Assembly (NCBI GenBank): GCA_051859245.1
Contig: JBHYGA010000001.1
Coordinates: 192,001 to 256,000 of the forward strand
Origin: Gemmatimonadaceae bacterium
GTDB lineage: Bacteria; Gemmatimonadota; Gemmatimonadetes; Gemmatimonadales; Gemmatimonadaceae
DNA: 64,000 nucleotides
Direction: 5' to 3'
Shown here: positions 31,404 through 40,792 of the stretch, piece by piece
Numbering within the stretch: the first letter of the stretch is position 1
How the letters are laid out: each line of letters starts with the position of its first letter
The notes under the pieces: generated by a model
The model's database searches: none
Told to the model about the DNA's origin: nothing
What the model saw: the letters and a program-made list of their open reading frames with translations, nothing else
Position numbers and translations under genes: made by a program

Positions 31404-33329
31404 ATGTCTCACATGATCACTCGGCTGCGCCGCGGTTACACGCTTGCGCACGCATTCGCGCTCGCCGCTACGACCGCGCTGTTGCCAGCAGACGCGTTCG
31501 CACAACGTACCGAACGCCCACAGCTTCACGGCAAACACTGGGTGGCCGTGACGGGCAAACCGCTCGGCGCGACGGCCGGCGCCATGATTTTTCAGCAGGG
31601 CGGCAACGCCGTAGACGCCGCTGCCGCGATGCTTGCCGCCACGTGCACCATGTGGGACACGCTCGGCTGCGGTGGTGAAACACAAGCGCTGATCTATCAT
31701 CCCAAACTCAAGAAGGTGATCGGGATCAATGCGCTCGGCATGGCACCAACCGGCGCCACGCCTGCGTTCTACAAATCCAAAGGCATGAGTTTTCCGCCAG
31801 AGTTCGGTCCGCTGGCCGCCGTGACACCCGGAACACCCGGCGGACTCATGGTGATGCTCGCCGAGTACGGCACGATGTCGTTGGCGCAGGTGCTTGCCCC
31901 CGCCATTCAGATGGCCGATGTCGGGTATCCGATCGAAGCGCAAGCGGCGAACGCCATGCACGCAAACGCAGCGCGCTTTAAGGAATGGAAATACTCACCG
32001 GCCGTGTTTCTTCCGCACACGGGAGAGAAGCGCGAAGCACCCGTGGCCGGCGAACTATTCAGGCAGGCGGATCTCGCGGCCACGTTTCGCAAACTTGTGG
32101 AAGCGGAACGCAATGCGCTGCGCAGCGGAAAAACGCGCAAGCAGGCAATCATGGCGGCGTATGATCGCTTCTACAAAGGCGACATCGCTGCGGAGATCGT
32201 GCGTGGTGTGCAGGAAGACGGTGGACTGTTCACCATGCAGGATCTGGCCAACTGGAGTGTTCGCATTGAAGAGCCATACACCACGAATTATCGCGGTATC
32301 GATGTGTACAAGTTGCCCATCTGGCAGCAAGGGCCCGTGTTGTTGCAGGCGCTCAACATCCTCGAGAACGCCGATGTAAAAGCGATGGGTTACAACAGTG
32401 CGCAATACATTCACACGGTGTATCAGGCCATGAATCTGGCGTACGCCGATCGCGATTTTTATTACGGAGATCCGTACAACGGGCCCGAAGAGCCCGTGGC
32501 CGGACTCATGAGCAAAGCGTACGCCAAAGCACGCTTTGCGCTCATGAGCCCCGATCTGAACGACGCGGCGGTGCGTCCCGGCGATCCGTATCCGTTTCAG
32601 CAAGGTGTGAACCCGTTCACGGATATCCTGTCTCGTTGGTCGACCACCGGACCGCGCCCAGACAGCGTGCGGCGCGCAACGGCCACGTCGAGCGGGTTCA
32701 GCGCCAGCGTGATGTCGAACGACAGCGCATTCCACGACGCCTTCACGCGCGGCACAACAAGTATTCAGGCTGCTGACTCAGCCGGGTGGATGGTGTCCAT
32801 TACGCCGAGCGGTGGATGGATTCCGGCCGTGATTGCAGGGCGCACCGGCATCGGGTTGTCGCAACGCATGCAGTCGTTCGTACTCGACGCGGAAGACGGA
32901 CCGTACAACGTGCTCGAGCCCGGCAAACGGCCGCGCGTTACGCTCACGCCAACCATTGCACTCAAAGACGGCGAACCATGGATGGCGTTTTCGGTGCAGG
33001 GCGGAGATACGCAAGATCAGGACTTACTGCAGTTCTTTCTGGCCATGGTCGAGTTTGGTCAGACGGTGCAACAAGCGGCGGAGCATCCCGGTTTTCACAG
33101 CTATCAGATGCGATCAAGCTTTGGTGCACACGAGGCGCGTCCTGGTCGCATTCAACTCAATGAACGCATTCCCGATTGGGTGCGCGATGATCTCCGCAGA
33201 CGCGGTTACACGCTTGAGTTCGCGCGTTACACGTCTGGACCGATCACCGCCATCTGGCGCGACCGAAAACACGGAACGTTGTGGGGAGCGGCCAGCAACT
33301 TCGGCGAAGACTACGGCATCGCCTGGTAA
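31404..33329 (+). CDS. ggt: Gamma-glutamyltransferase family (Ntn hydrolase)
   Basis: GGNAVDAA, TPGTPGG, FYKGDIA, GTTS nucleophile, PGKRP, GGDTQ. Confidence 0.92.
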   Translation: MSHMITRLRRGYTLAHAFALAATTALLPADAFAQRTERPQLHGKHWVAVTGKPLGATAGAMIFQQGGNAVDAAAAMLAATCTMWDTLGCGGETQALIYHPKLKKVIGINALGMAPTGATPAFYKSKGMSFPPEFGPLAAVTPGTPGGLMVMLAEYGTMSLAQVLAPAIQMADVGYPIEAQAANAMHANAARFKEWKYSPAVFLPHTGEKREAPVAGELFRQADLAATFRKLVEAERNALRSGKTRKQAIMAAYDRFYKGDIAAEIVRGVQEDGGLFTMQDLANWSVRIEEPYTTNYRGIDVYKLPIWQQGPVLLQALNILENADVKAMGYNSAQYIHTVYQAMNLAYADRDFYYGDPYNGPEEPVAGLMSKAYAKARFALMSPDLNDAAVRPGDPYPFQQGVNPFTDILSRWSTTGPRPDSVRRATATSSGFSASVMSNDSAFHDAFTRGTTSIQAADSAGWMVSITPSGGWIPAVIAGRTGIGLSQRMQSFVLDAEDGPYNVLEPGKRPRVTLTPTIALKDGEPWMAFSVQGGDTQDQDLLQFFLAMVEFGQTVQQAAEHPGFHSYQMRSSFGAHEARPGRIQLNERIPDWVRDDLRRRGYTLEFARYTSGPITAIWRDRKHGTLWGAASNFGEDYGIAW

Positions 33330-34570
33330 GCGAGGTGCGGCACGGCGGCTGCCAGACCAAGTTCGAGATCCTGCCAGATATCATCCACACGTTCTACGCC
33401 CACGCTCAGTCGCAGCAGTTGCTGACTGATGCCGTGGGCGGTGCGCACGTCATGATCAACCACGCGGTGCGTGAGACTGGCAGGATGCTGAATCAGTGAG
33501 TCGGTGCTGCCAAGTGACACCGCGGGCGTGATCAGTCGCAGTGCGGCCATGCACCGGGATGCCGCGTGTGCGTCATCGCTTCGGAGTTCAAAGGCCAGGG
33601 TACTGCCGGGACCAAGTAACTCGCGACCGAGCACGCCGCGCGGATCATTGGTGCCAAGGCCTGGATAATGCACGGCCGCAACGGCCTCGTGTTGCAACAG
33701 CAACTCGGCGATGCGTTGTGCATTGGATTGTGCGCGCTGCACGCGTAGCGGCAACGTTGCTAATCCACGATGCAGCAGAAACGCGGCCATGGGATGCAGC
33801 ACGCTGCCAGTGAGCAGTCGTACCTGACGCAGCGCCGCGAGCCAGGAATCATCGTTCGTGCTGATCACACCAGCAAGGACATCGCCGTGTCCGGCGAGCG
33901 CTTTCGTGGCGCTGTGCAGCACGAGCGTTGCGCCATGTTCCAGTGGCCGCAGCAGAATCGGCGTGGCGAAGGTGGCGTCTACCATCACGGGCACACCGTT
34001 AGCCTGCGCGACGACATCGGCGATGTCCACGAGCTGCAGCGTTGGATTGGCGGGCGTTTCGATCAGCACGAGTGATGTGTCGGCTTCGATCGCATCGCGA
34101 ACGCCGTCCGGTTCCGTGAACGTCACGCGCAGACCAAGCATGCCGCTGGCCAGCAGGTGATCGGCGCTGCCATACAGCGGACGTACCGCGACCACGTGTG
34201 ATCCGCGTGCACGAGCGGCGAGCAACGCTGCAGTGTACGCGGCCATGCCAGAGGCAAAGGCCACCGTGGCATTGGCGCCTTCGAGCGCGGCGATCGCGGA
34301 CTCGGCGCGGGCGACGGTGGGATTGTACAACCGACTGTAGATGGCGGATCCGATGGGCAGGCCGCCTGCGACCATGGCGTCGATGGACGCGACGCCGGCC
34401 TCGAGATCCGGCACGGGATAGGTGCTGGAGAAGTCGAGTGGCGGGGCGTGTACGCCGAGCGCCGCGAAGTCTTCGCGGCCGGCGTGTACGGCGATGGTGT
34501 CGGGGTGGGCGCCGTCGGCGGCGTGGTGACGTGCGGGTGACGCCGAGGCTGGCTTGTTGTAAGGGCTCAT
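33311..34570 (-). CDS. PLP-dependent trans-sulfuration lyase (methionine gamma-lyase-like)
   Basis: YSRLYNPT, FASGMAA, ETPANP, DATFATP, HSATK, VSLG, RLSVGVE. Confidence 0.9.
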   Translation of the reverse strand: MSPYNKPASASPARHHAADGAHPDTIAVHAGREDFAALGVHAPPLDFSSTYPVPDLEAGVASIDAMVAGGLPIGSAIYSRLYNPTVARAESAIAALEGANATVAFASGMAAYTAALLAARARGSHVVAVRPLYGSADHLLASGMLGLRVTFTEPDGVRDAIEADTSLVLIETPANPTLQLVDIADVVAQANGVPVMVDATFATPILLRPLEHGATLVLHSATKALAGHGDVLAGVISTNDDSWLAALRQVRLLTGSVLHPMAAFLLHRGLATLPLRVQRAQSNAQRIAELLLQHEAVAAVHYPGLGTNDPRGVLGRELLGPGSTLAFELRSDDAHAASRCMAALRLITPAVSLGSTDSLIQHPASLTHRVVDHDVRTAHGISQQLLRLSVGVERVDDIWQDLELGLAAAVPHLAYQAMP

Positions 34571-34608
34571 ACGGCTAAATTGGCATGATATTCGTCCTTG
34601 GAGAATAA

Positions 34609-35121
34609 ATGCCGCAGAACATTCGGTACGAGCAGGATCGTGAGCCCCTCGACCGCATTGACCACGCCTTGGTGACCCTCTTGCAGCAGAATGCTCGGCT
34701 GAGCAACAAACAGCTTGCCGCGCGCGTGGGGTTGGCCGAGTCCAGCACGCTGACCCGAGTGCGACGGCTGGAAGAGCGAGGTGTGTTACTCGGCTATCAC
34801 GCCGAGGTCGCACCGTGGGCCAAAGGGATCGCCCTGCAGGCGCTGGTGGCGGTGCGGTTGGCCCGGCACGCGCGCGACGTCGTTGAGCGCTTCCAGGAGC
34901 ACTGCCGCGGACTCCCGCAGGTGCTCGCGGCGTACAACATTGGCGGATCAGACGACTTTCTGGTGCACGTGGGCGTCGCCGATTCCGATGCCTTGCGCGA
35001 ACTGATTCTGACATCGATCAGCACGCGCCCCGAGGTCACGCACATTGAGACGCATCTCATTTTCGATATGGTGCGCGGCGCTGCGGCGGTGGGTTCTGAG
35101 GTGCCGCGACGTGCGCGCTAG
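34609..35121 (+). CDS. Lrp/AsnC transcriptional regulator
   Basis: LDRID...LLQQNARLSN...VGLAES...RVRRLEERG; divergent from the lyase. Confidence 0.95.
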   Translation: MPQNIRYEQDREPLDRIDHALVTLLQQNARLSNKQLAARVGLAESSTLTRVRRLEERGVLLGYHAEVAPWAKGIALQALVAVRLARHARDVVERFQEHCRGLPQVLAAYNIGGSDDFLVHVGVADSDALRELILTSISTRPEVTHIETHLIFDMVRGAAAVGSEVPRRAR

Positions 35122-35136
35122 GCCACCTCGCGCTCG

Positions 35137-37680
35137 TCAGAAACGCGCGCGCAATCCCAGCGCAATTGATCGACCCGGAAGGATCGTGATGTTGTCCGGC
35201 TCGCCCGTCTGGTAATCGAGCAGGTTTTCTCCCGTCACGATCAATGTGAGGGCGCCAGGCAACGCGCGCATGAACGACGCGTGCACGCGCGTGACACCAT
35301 CGTACGGAATCCACAACTGTCGAAGTGCAGGCCCTGCCAGCGCAGTGGCCGGCCGTCCGGGCGTGACAAATGTTTGCGCTGCCGCGATGCGATCGTATCC
35401 AATCCAGTCCGCTACTCGCGTCGCGCCAACCGACGCGTTCCACGGACCATCGTCAAAACGCAGCGACAGGCCGAGTGTTTGCGCTGGTACGTCGAGCATG
35501 CGATCGCCAACGCGCAACTCGCCAGTGTAGCCTCGTCGGATCGCGAGCACCCGACTGGCCACGTGCGTGAACGAACTCTGCACGACAAACGCGCCGGCGC
35601 GCACGCGGCCTTCCACTTCCCAGCCACTGTTGCTGATGGCTCCAACGTTCTGCAACTGATACGCGATGTTCCGGTTGAGCGGATCATTTGTGCGCGGCTG
35701 CGTGGGCGGTTCACTCGGTGCAATCACGCTGACCGGTTGCACGAGCCCGCTCGCGCGCTGATCGAACCGTGTGACATGCAGCGTGGTGTGACCGCCAATA
35801 AACACATCGGCTCCAAACTCGGTACCGGCTTGCGATTCAGGTTCGAGCGCGTCGTTGGGCAGCAGGCGATCGCGAGCGAGCGTTGAGCCGCCAACCGTCA
35901 CGCGTGGTGGCCGGATGCCTTTTCCGTAAGCCGCGCGAACCTTAAACGTGTTCCCGGCGTGATCGCGAACGTACGACGCGCCCACCATGGGCAACAAGGA
36001 CACGAGCGGCTCCGCGACAAAGCCGGCGCTTCGCTCAGCGCGAGTGCCGGCGGTGACGAACACACGGTTTTTCCATGCAAGGTCGAATTGTGTGACAAGG
36101 CCGGTGGTTTGTCGCCACACATCAGTAGCGGCCGCGCTTTGCGTGACTGGGCCCGGACGAGCAAGAATGCCGTTCGACGTGGACTCGAAGAGCAGCGCAT
36201 GCTCGCCAGCGAACGTGAGCGTGCGCTGCCACAACGAGTCCGACCACACGGCGGCGGAACTCACGCGCATGGACGTGCGTGTGGCGGATCCCTCGGCCGC
36301 ACGCAGCGCGGAATCAGACGCGGAGGGCAACGGTGTCAAACCGCCGGACGAACCGTTGAGTGCGTACGTGTCGAGGCCAAGCAGTGCGCGATGCGTCCAG
36401 CGGGCATTGGGATAGAACGTGCCCGACACGCCGCCGGTGAACTGTTGCAGCGATTGCCGAGCGGTTCGCACCAGCTGCAATCGCCGCGCGAGTGAGTCGC
36501 GATATGAACGCTCGAAACGCAACATGCCAGGTCGACGCACACTATCCGGAACGGCAAAGGCATCACCAACGGCCTCTACCAGAATCGGATTGCTCGACGA
36601 CGCCACATCGGCCAGCACAAGTCGTGCGGTCACCTCGGAGAGCGAACGAGCCCCGATGGCACGCGCCCGTCCGCTCGCCGTGATGTGCTGACTCTCCGCG
36701 GCGGGCACAAACGCACCGAGTCGTGACACGGAAAGTGCTCCGGACGCGGCGCGGGATACGGTGCCGCCCTGACCACTGATGCTGAGTTCCTGTCCGAAGG
36801 TGCCGGACGACGCGTACGCACTGTTCACCAGTCCACTCTGCGCGCGCACGTTGAGTGCCGCTGTTTCGTTTCGCTGCGATGGCTGCCGCGTTACGACGTG
36901 TAGTACACCACTGATCGCGTCAGTACCGTACAACGCAGCACCTTGCGGGCCGCGCAGTACTTCCAGTCGTTCAATACTCTCCGCCGGCAGATGCGACACA
37001 ACCAGCGGGTTCGCGACTTCCACTCCGTCCACATACACTTTGGGGTAGCTCACACCGAACGAACTCGCACCGCGAATGCTGCCATATCGCGTGAGCAGCG
37101 AGGTGGGTGACTGCTGCCACAACCAGACGCCCGGCACCACGCCATTAAGAAACTCGCTCATGTCGCCACGCGATTGGGCTTCAAGCGTGCTGCCGTCAAC
37201 TACGCCGAGTGTAACGCTGAGGCCGCGTTGTGCATTGCCGGTGGCCGATCCAGTCACCACCACACGTTCAAGGGGCGCCGCGCGTACACTCGGCGCCATG
37301 CGTGACTCAGGCGTGCGCGGCGCAAGGACCACAAGCTCCGGCGACGCGACACGCGGTGCGACGTTATCGCTACCAAGTAACTGTGTGATAGCATCGCCAA
37401 GAGTGGTTCGCACGACATCCAGACATACGCGACGTTCCGGTGAGATCAACGCGTCGGAGTAGGTGATGCGAACGCGCGCCGCCGCCGACACACGATCGAG
37501 TGCGTCACGCAGCGACAGCACGCCGCCGCGCACAGAGATCGTACGGTTGAGCGGTTCGGGCCACTGCTGCTGCCTTGGCGCGACAACCGCTCTGCACTCA
37601 ACCGTGGTACGCGCGCTCGCGTGAACGCGTGACGGGGTGAGCGTCAGTAACGCGCACGCTACCAGTAAAGTCTGTCGCAC
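35137..37680 (-). CDS. TonB-dependent receptor with N-terminal signalling (STN-like) domain
   Basis: SLRDALDRV...ITYS extension, VVVTG box, IERLEVLRGPQGAALYG plug, NLLD...PGR...LRARF end. Confidence 0.9.
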   Translation of the reverse strand: MRQTLLVACALLTLTPSRVHASARTTVECRAVVAPRQQQWPEPLNRTISVRGGVLSLRDALDRVSAAARVRITYSDALISPERRVCLDVVRTTLGDAITQLLGSDNVAPRVASPELVVLAPRTPESRMAPSVRAAPLERVVVTGSATGNAQRGLSVTLGVVDGSTLEAQSRGDMSEFLNGVVPGVWLWQQSPTSLLTRYGSIRGASSFGVSYPKVYVDGVEVANPLVVSHLPAESIERLEVLRGPQGAALYGTDAISGVLHVVTRQPSQRNETAALNVRAQSGLVNSAYASSGTFGQELSISGQGGTVSRAASGALSVSRLGAFVPAAESQHITASGRARAIGARSLSEVTARLVLADVASSSNPILVEAVGDAFAVPDSVRRPGMLRFERSYRDSLARRLQLVRTARQSLQQFTGGVSGTFYPNARWTHRALLGLDTYALNGSSGGLTPLPSASDSALRAAEGSATRTSMRVSSAAVWSDSLWQRTLTFAGEHALLFESTSNGILARPGPVTQSAAATDVWRQTTGLVTQFDLAWKNRVFVTAGTRAERSAGFVAEPLVSLLPMVGASYVRDHAGNTFKVRAAYGKGIRPPRVTVGGSTLARDRLLPNDALEPESQAGTEFGADVFIGGHTTLHVTRFDQRASGLVQPVSVIAPSEPPTQPRTNDPLNRNIAYQLQNVGAISNSGWEVEGRVRAGAFVVQSSFTHVASRVLAIRRGYTGELRVGDRMLDVPAQTLGLSLRFDDGPWNASVGATRVADWIGYDRIAAAQTFVTPGRPATALAGPALRQLWIPYDGVTRVHASFMRALPGALTLIVTGENLLDYQTGEPDNITILPGRSIALGLRARF

Positions 37681-37688
37681 AGACGCGA

Positions 37689-38801
37689 CTATCGCGGTGT
37701 GCGGCCAGCGCCGCCCATGCGCAAGCGCACCGTGTCGCGGTGGGTGACACGCTCCGCACCATAGGAGAGCGCGATCGTCTCGAGCACGGTTTCCTTCGGT
37801 TCGTTCGTGAACGTGGCGGTCAGGCGCGACGCACGCACGTTGCTATCGGCTTGCAACACAATGCCGTGCCACCGACGCAGTGCACTCGCCACATCTTCGA
37901 ACACCGCGTCACGAAACACAAGCGAACCGGTTGTCCAGGCCGTTGCGTCGTCTACAGCAACTGTTTCCTTGCGGGCCGTTCCGCTGGCGAGATCAAGCAC
38001 GCCAGCATCGCCCGCTGCCAGTTCGAGCGTGCGCGTGGGCGTGCTGTCGGCCGCCAGTGTGACGCGACCGTTGGTCACGGCCACGAGCACGCCGCGCGCA
38101 TCGTCACTTCGTACGGTGAACGCGGTGCCAAGGTCAACGATGACTGCCGGGCCCGCATGCACAGTGAAGGCCGCCGCTTGTCCCGGCGCCACATCAAAGT
38201 AGCCGTCACCGACAAGCGTCACGCTACGACGTTCGAATCCGTAGTCGGCTGCGTAGCGGAGCGTACTGGCGGGGCCGAGGATCACGCGTGTTCCATCCGG
38301 CAGTCGCATGGAATCGCGCTCGCCAACGTCGGTCGCGAACAGCTGCATCTGTGCCGTTGCGTTTGCGGCGATATTCCGTGTGTCACCAGTGGGCGATGTA
38401 CGCGACACAAACCAGGCGCCAGCCACAACGAGCACAGCGGCCGCGGCCGCATATTTTCGCAGCGGTGATACACGATGAATGGGCGTGACTTTTGCCGACT
38501 CCTCGCGCACCGCTCGCCGCGAATGATCAGCCTCGGATATTCCCGCCGGAGCCAGCGACCGCCGCGCCAGTACTGCGGCCAGCGCACTCTCCGTATCAAC
38601 CGGCGTTTGCAACTCCGCGCCGAGTGATGACGCCGCGGCGTTGACCGCCTCGGCGACTCGCAGGTCGTCCGGATGCGCCGCCAACCATTCGCTCACTCGT
38701 GCCGCTTCCGCTGGATCAGACGCGCCCGCGAAAAAACGACCGAGCAGTTCCCAATCGGGCGCGTCGGACGGCGGAGCAGGAGGCGTTGGTTCAGGCGTCA
38801 T
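37689..38801 (-). CDS. fecR: FecR-family anti-sigma/sensor
   Basis: N-terminal helix with WL, TM, LPDGTRVILG, GDGYFDV, LGTAF, AWTTGSLVF. Confidence 0.92.
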   Translation of the reverse strand: MTPEPTPPAPPSDAPDWELLGRFFAGASDPAEAARVSEWLAAHPDDLRVAEAVNAAASSLGAELQTPVDTESALAAVLARRSLAPAGISEADHSRRAVREESAKVTPIHRVSPLRKYAAAAAVLVVAGAWFVSRTSPTGDTRNIAANATAQMQLFATDVGERDSMRLPDGTRVILGPASTLRYAADYGFERRSVTLVGDGYFDVAPGQAAAFTVHAGPAVIVDLGTAFTVRSDDARGVLVAVTNGRVTLAADSTPTRTLELAAGDAGVLDLASGTARKETVAVDDATAWTTGSLVFRDAVFEDVASALRRWHGIVLQADSNVRASRLTATFTNEPKETVLETIALSYGAERVTHRDTVRLRMGGAGRTPR

Positions 38802-38810
38802 TTGCCAGAA

Positions 38811-38836
38811 TACACGGGAATCGCCCGAGACCCTAC
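38811..38836 (-). promoter_or_regulatory. Candidate ECF promoter, copy upstream of fecR
   Basis: Minus strand GTAGGGT-ctcgggcgattcc-CGTGTA, 9 nt before the ATG. Confidence 0.7.
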
Positions 38837-38943
38837 CCCGGACGTACGACAGCGATCGCTCGATGTTAACGCCTGTGTGCTGCGCTCGCGACCTCTCGAT
38901 ACTACTATGTAGGCGACTGAGGGTCCGGCTCTTTCACCCACGC

Positions 38944-39501
38944 ATGTCCCACGAACGCGACCTGCTCCAGCAACTTACCGAGGGCAATGAATCAGCATAC
39001 GCAACCGTGTTTCGTACATGGTATGCGCCGCTGGTTCGTTTTCTCGATGCCATGTTGCGTCAGCGTGATGAAGCAGAAGAAGTGGCGCAGGAGGTGATGC
39101 TGGAGCTGTGGGAACATCGCACGACGATCGATCCGGAACGACCGGTGCAGGCGTGGTTGTTTCGCGCCGCTCGTAATCGCGCGTTGAACGTGCTGCGACA
39201 CCGCAATGTGCGCGCCGTTGCGGCGCCGGGAATTGCGCTGCTGTCCAGCGCGCCCACGCCGAGCGACGTCGCCGCGACCGAACATGAAATGCAGGCCGCA
39301 TTGCACGAAGCGTTGGCCGACCTGCCTCCGCGTTGTCGCGAGGTGTTTGCGCTGAGCCGGGCAGACGGTCTCAAGAACGCGGAAATCGCCGCCAAGCTCG
39401 GCGTATCGATCAAGGCGGTGGAAGCGCAGATGGCTCGCGCGTTGCGAGCGCTCCGAGAACGCATGCGGCCGTGGATGCCTCCCGGCAACACACACATCTG
39501 A
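38944..39501 (+). CDS. ECF sigma factor (FecI-like)
   Basis: AEEVAQEV..LW, WLFRAARNRALN, LPPRCREVF, EIAAKLGVSIKAVE. Confidence 0.95.
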   Translation: MSHERDLLQQLTEGNESAYATVFRTWYAPLVRFLDAMLRQRDEAEEVAQEVMLELWEHRTTIDPERPVQAWLFRAARNRALNVLRHRNVRAVAAPGIALLSSAPTPSDVAATEHEMQAALHEALADLPPRCREVFALSRADGLKNAEIAAKLGVSIKAVEAQMARALRALRERMRPWMPPGNTHI

Positions 39502-39530
39502 GCGTACGCCGTTCGCGCCGGTTGTACGAT

Positions 39531-39556
39531 GTAGGGTGCGCAGCGCTTCGCGTGTA
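39531..39556 (+). promoter_or_regulatory. Candidate ECF promoter, copy upstream of the lipoprotein gene
   Basis: GTAGGGT-gcgcagcgcttcg-CGTGTA. Confidence 0.7.
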
Positions 39557-39629
39557 ATACTCCCGAACCTGCTGCGCGCGTTGGTCGCGGATGTCCCGCG
39601 CACGTGACAGCGAACACCGGAGCTCACAC

Positions 39630-40607
39630 ATGTCCTTTACAGAAGTGCAGTTCGTGTCTGGCGCGCGTCGCACCAGTGCGTTGCGTCGGAGCGCCCTTTC
39701 CGCCAGCGCGTTCATGCTTGTGTCGCTGGCCGCATGCGATCTCGGCGTGACCAACAACAGCGAGACTGCCGAAACGCTGCTCGCCGAGGCCGTGAACACA
39801 ACGCCCGTCGGTTTCTCCATGACCGAAAACAGTTACGCTGGCGCAGAAAGTGATTCATGGCGGCCGATGCGTCGTCGTCACGGTGGACGTGGTGGCCCCT
39901 TCGGTTCGGCGTTTGGTGCGACAGGATTTATGGGCGGTGGACTGAACGCGGATTTTGCGCACGGACAGGGATTCCGCGCGGGTGTCGCACGCGGACCGTT
40001 TGGCGGCGATTTTAATGCCGACTCGTGCGCGTTCAGTGCCGCGACCGGCAAGATTTCGTGCGGTCCAACGACCGATCGCCGCGGTTTGACGAGTGAGCGT
40101 TGGGTGATCTACACCGACATCAATGGTGCGGCGCAAGCGCGTCCGGATTCCACAACCGCCAAGATGCAAACGCACGCCGAAGTGTCAGGCACCGTCACTG
40201 TTCGCGACAGCTCAACACGCACCGTGCGCCACGTCAGTGATCGCACGATAACCGGACTGCAGGCGGGCAGTACGCAGCGCACGATCAACGGTTCGTCGAA
40301 CGGCACAGAAACGGTGAACGGATTCAATGCCGAAGGCGCTTTCACGGCCAATCGCACGGTGTCTGATCTGACCGAAGGCCTGGTGATCCCGGTTCGCACC
40401 GATGGACGCAGCTATCCGACCGCTGGCAAAGTCACGCGCAGCATGACCGTGGCGGTGACCGTCGCTGGTGGCGAAACCGAAACGGCCACGTGGAAAGAGG
40501 TACTCACCTACGACGGTACCGCTACCGCCAGCTTGGTGATCACGCGCAACGGCACCACGAGAACCTGCGCTGTTCCGCTCCCCGCGGGCCGCCCCGTTTG
40601 CGAGTAG
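39630..40607 (+). CDS. Hypothetical beta-rich lipoprotein
   Basis: GGAG RBS; lipobox LAAC; Gly-rich linker, Thr-rich strands, four further Cys. Confidence 0.8.
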   Translation: MSFTEVQFVSGARRTSALRRSALSASAFMLVSLAACDLGVTNNSETAETLLAEAVNTTPVGFSMTENSYAGAESDSWRPMRRRHGGRGGPFGSAFGATGFMGGGLNADFAHGQGFRAGVARGPFGGDFNADSCAFSAATGKISCGPTTDRRGLTSERWVIYTDINGAAQARPDSTTAKMQTHAEVSGTVTVRDSSTRTVRHVSDRTITGLQAGSTQRTINGSSNGTETVNGFNAEGAFTANRTVSDLTEGLVIPVRTDGRSYPTAGKVTRSMTVAVTVAGGETETATWKEVLTYDGTATASLVITRNGTTRTCAVPLPAGRPVCE

Positions 40608-40666
40608 AAAGCGTGAGCAGCGCGGTGGCGTAGCGCGCAGACACTCCCTCGGACATCGCGCAAAGA

Positions 40667-40700
40667 GCGCCCCATTCGCCATCGCGAGTGGGGCGTTTTT
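40667..40700 (+). terminator. Intrinsic terminator
   Basis: GCGCCCCATTCGC-CATC-GCGAGTGGGGCGT-TTTT. Confidence 0.8.
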
Positions 40701-40761
40701 GCTGCGGAATGCAATCCCTAGCGATTCGCTCGGAATTGATTTAGAATTCGATTCTGTTCTT

Positions 40762-40776
40762 TGAGAACCGTTCTCA
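40762..40776. promoter_or_regulatory. Fur-box-like 7-1-7 palindrome
   Basis: TGAGAAC-C-GTTCTCA, 16 nt before the PepSY gene, in an AT-rich patch. Confidence 0.7.
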
Positions 40777-40792
40777 TTTCACAATTCCAGCC

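Noticed and set aside
34571..35014. N-terminal extension of the lyase ORF in the track
   Set aside because: Overlaps the Lrp gene; homology begins after ATG 34570. Similar over-extended starts were trimmed elsewhere.
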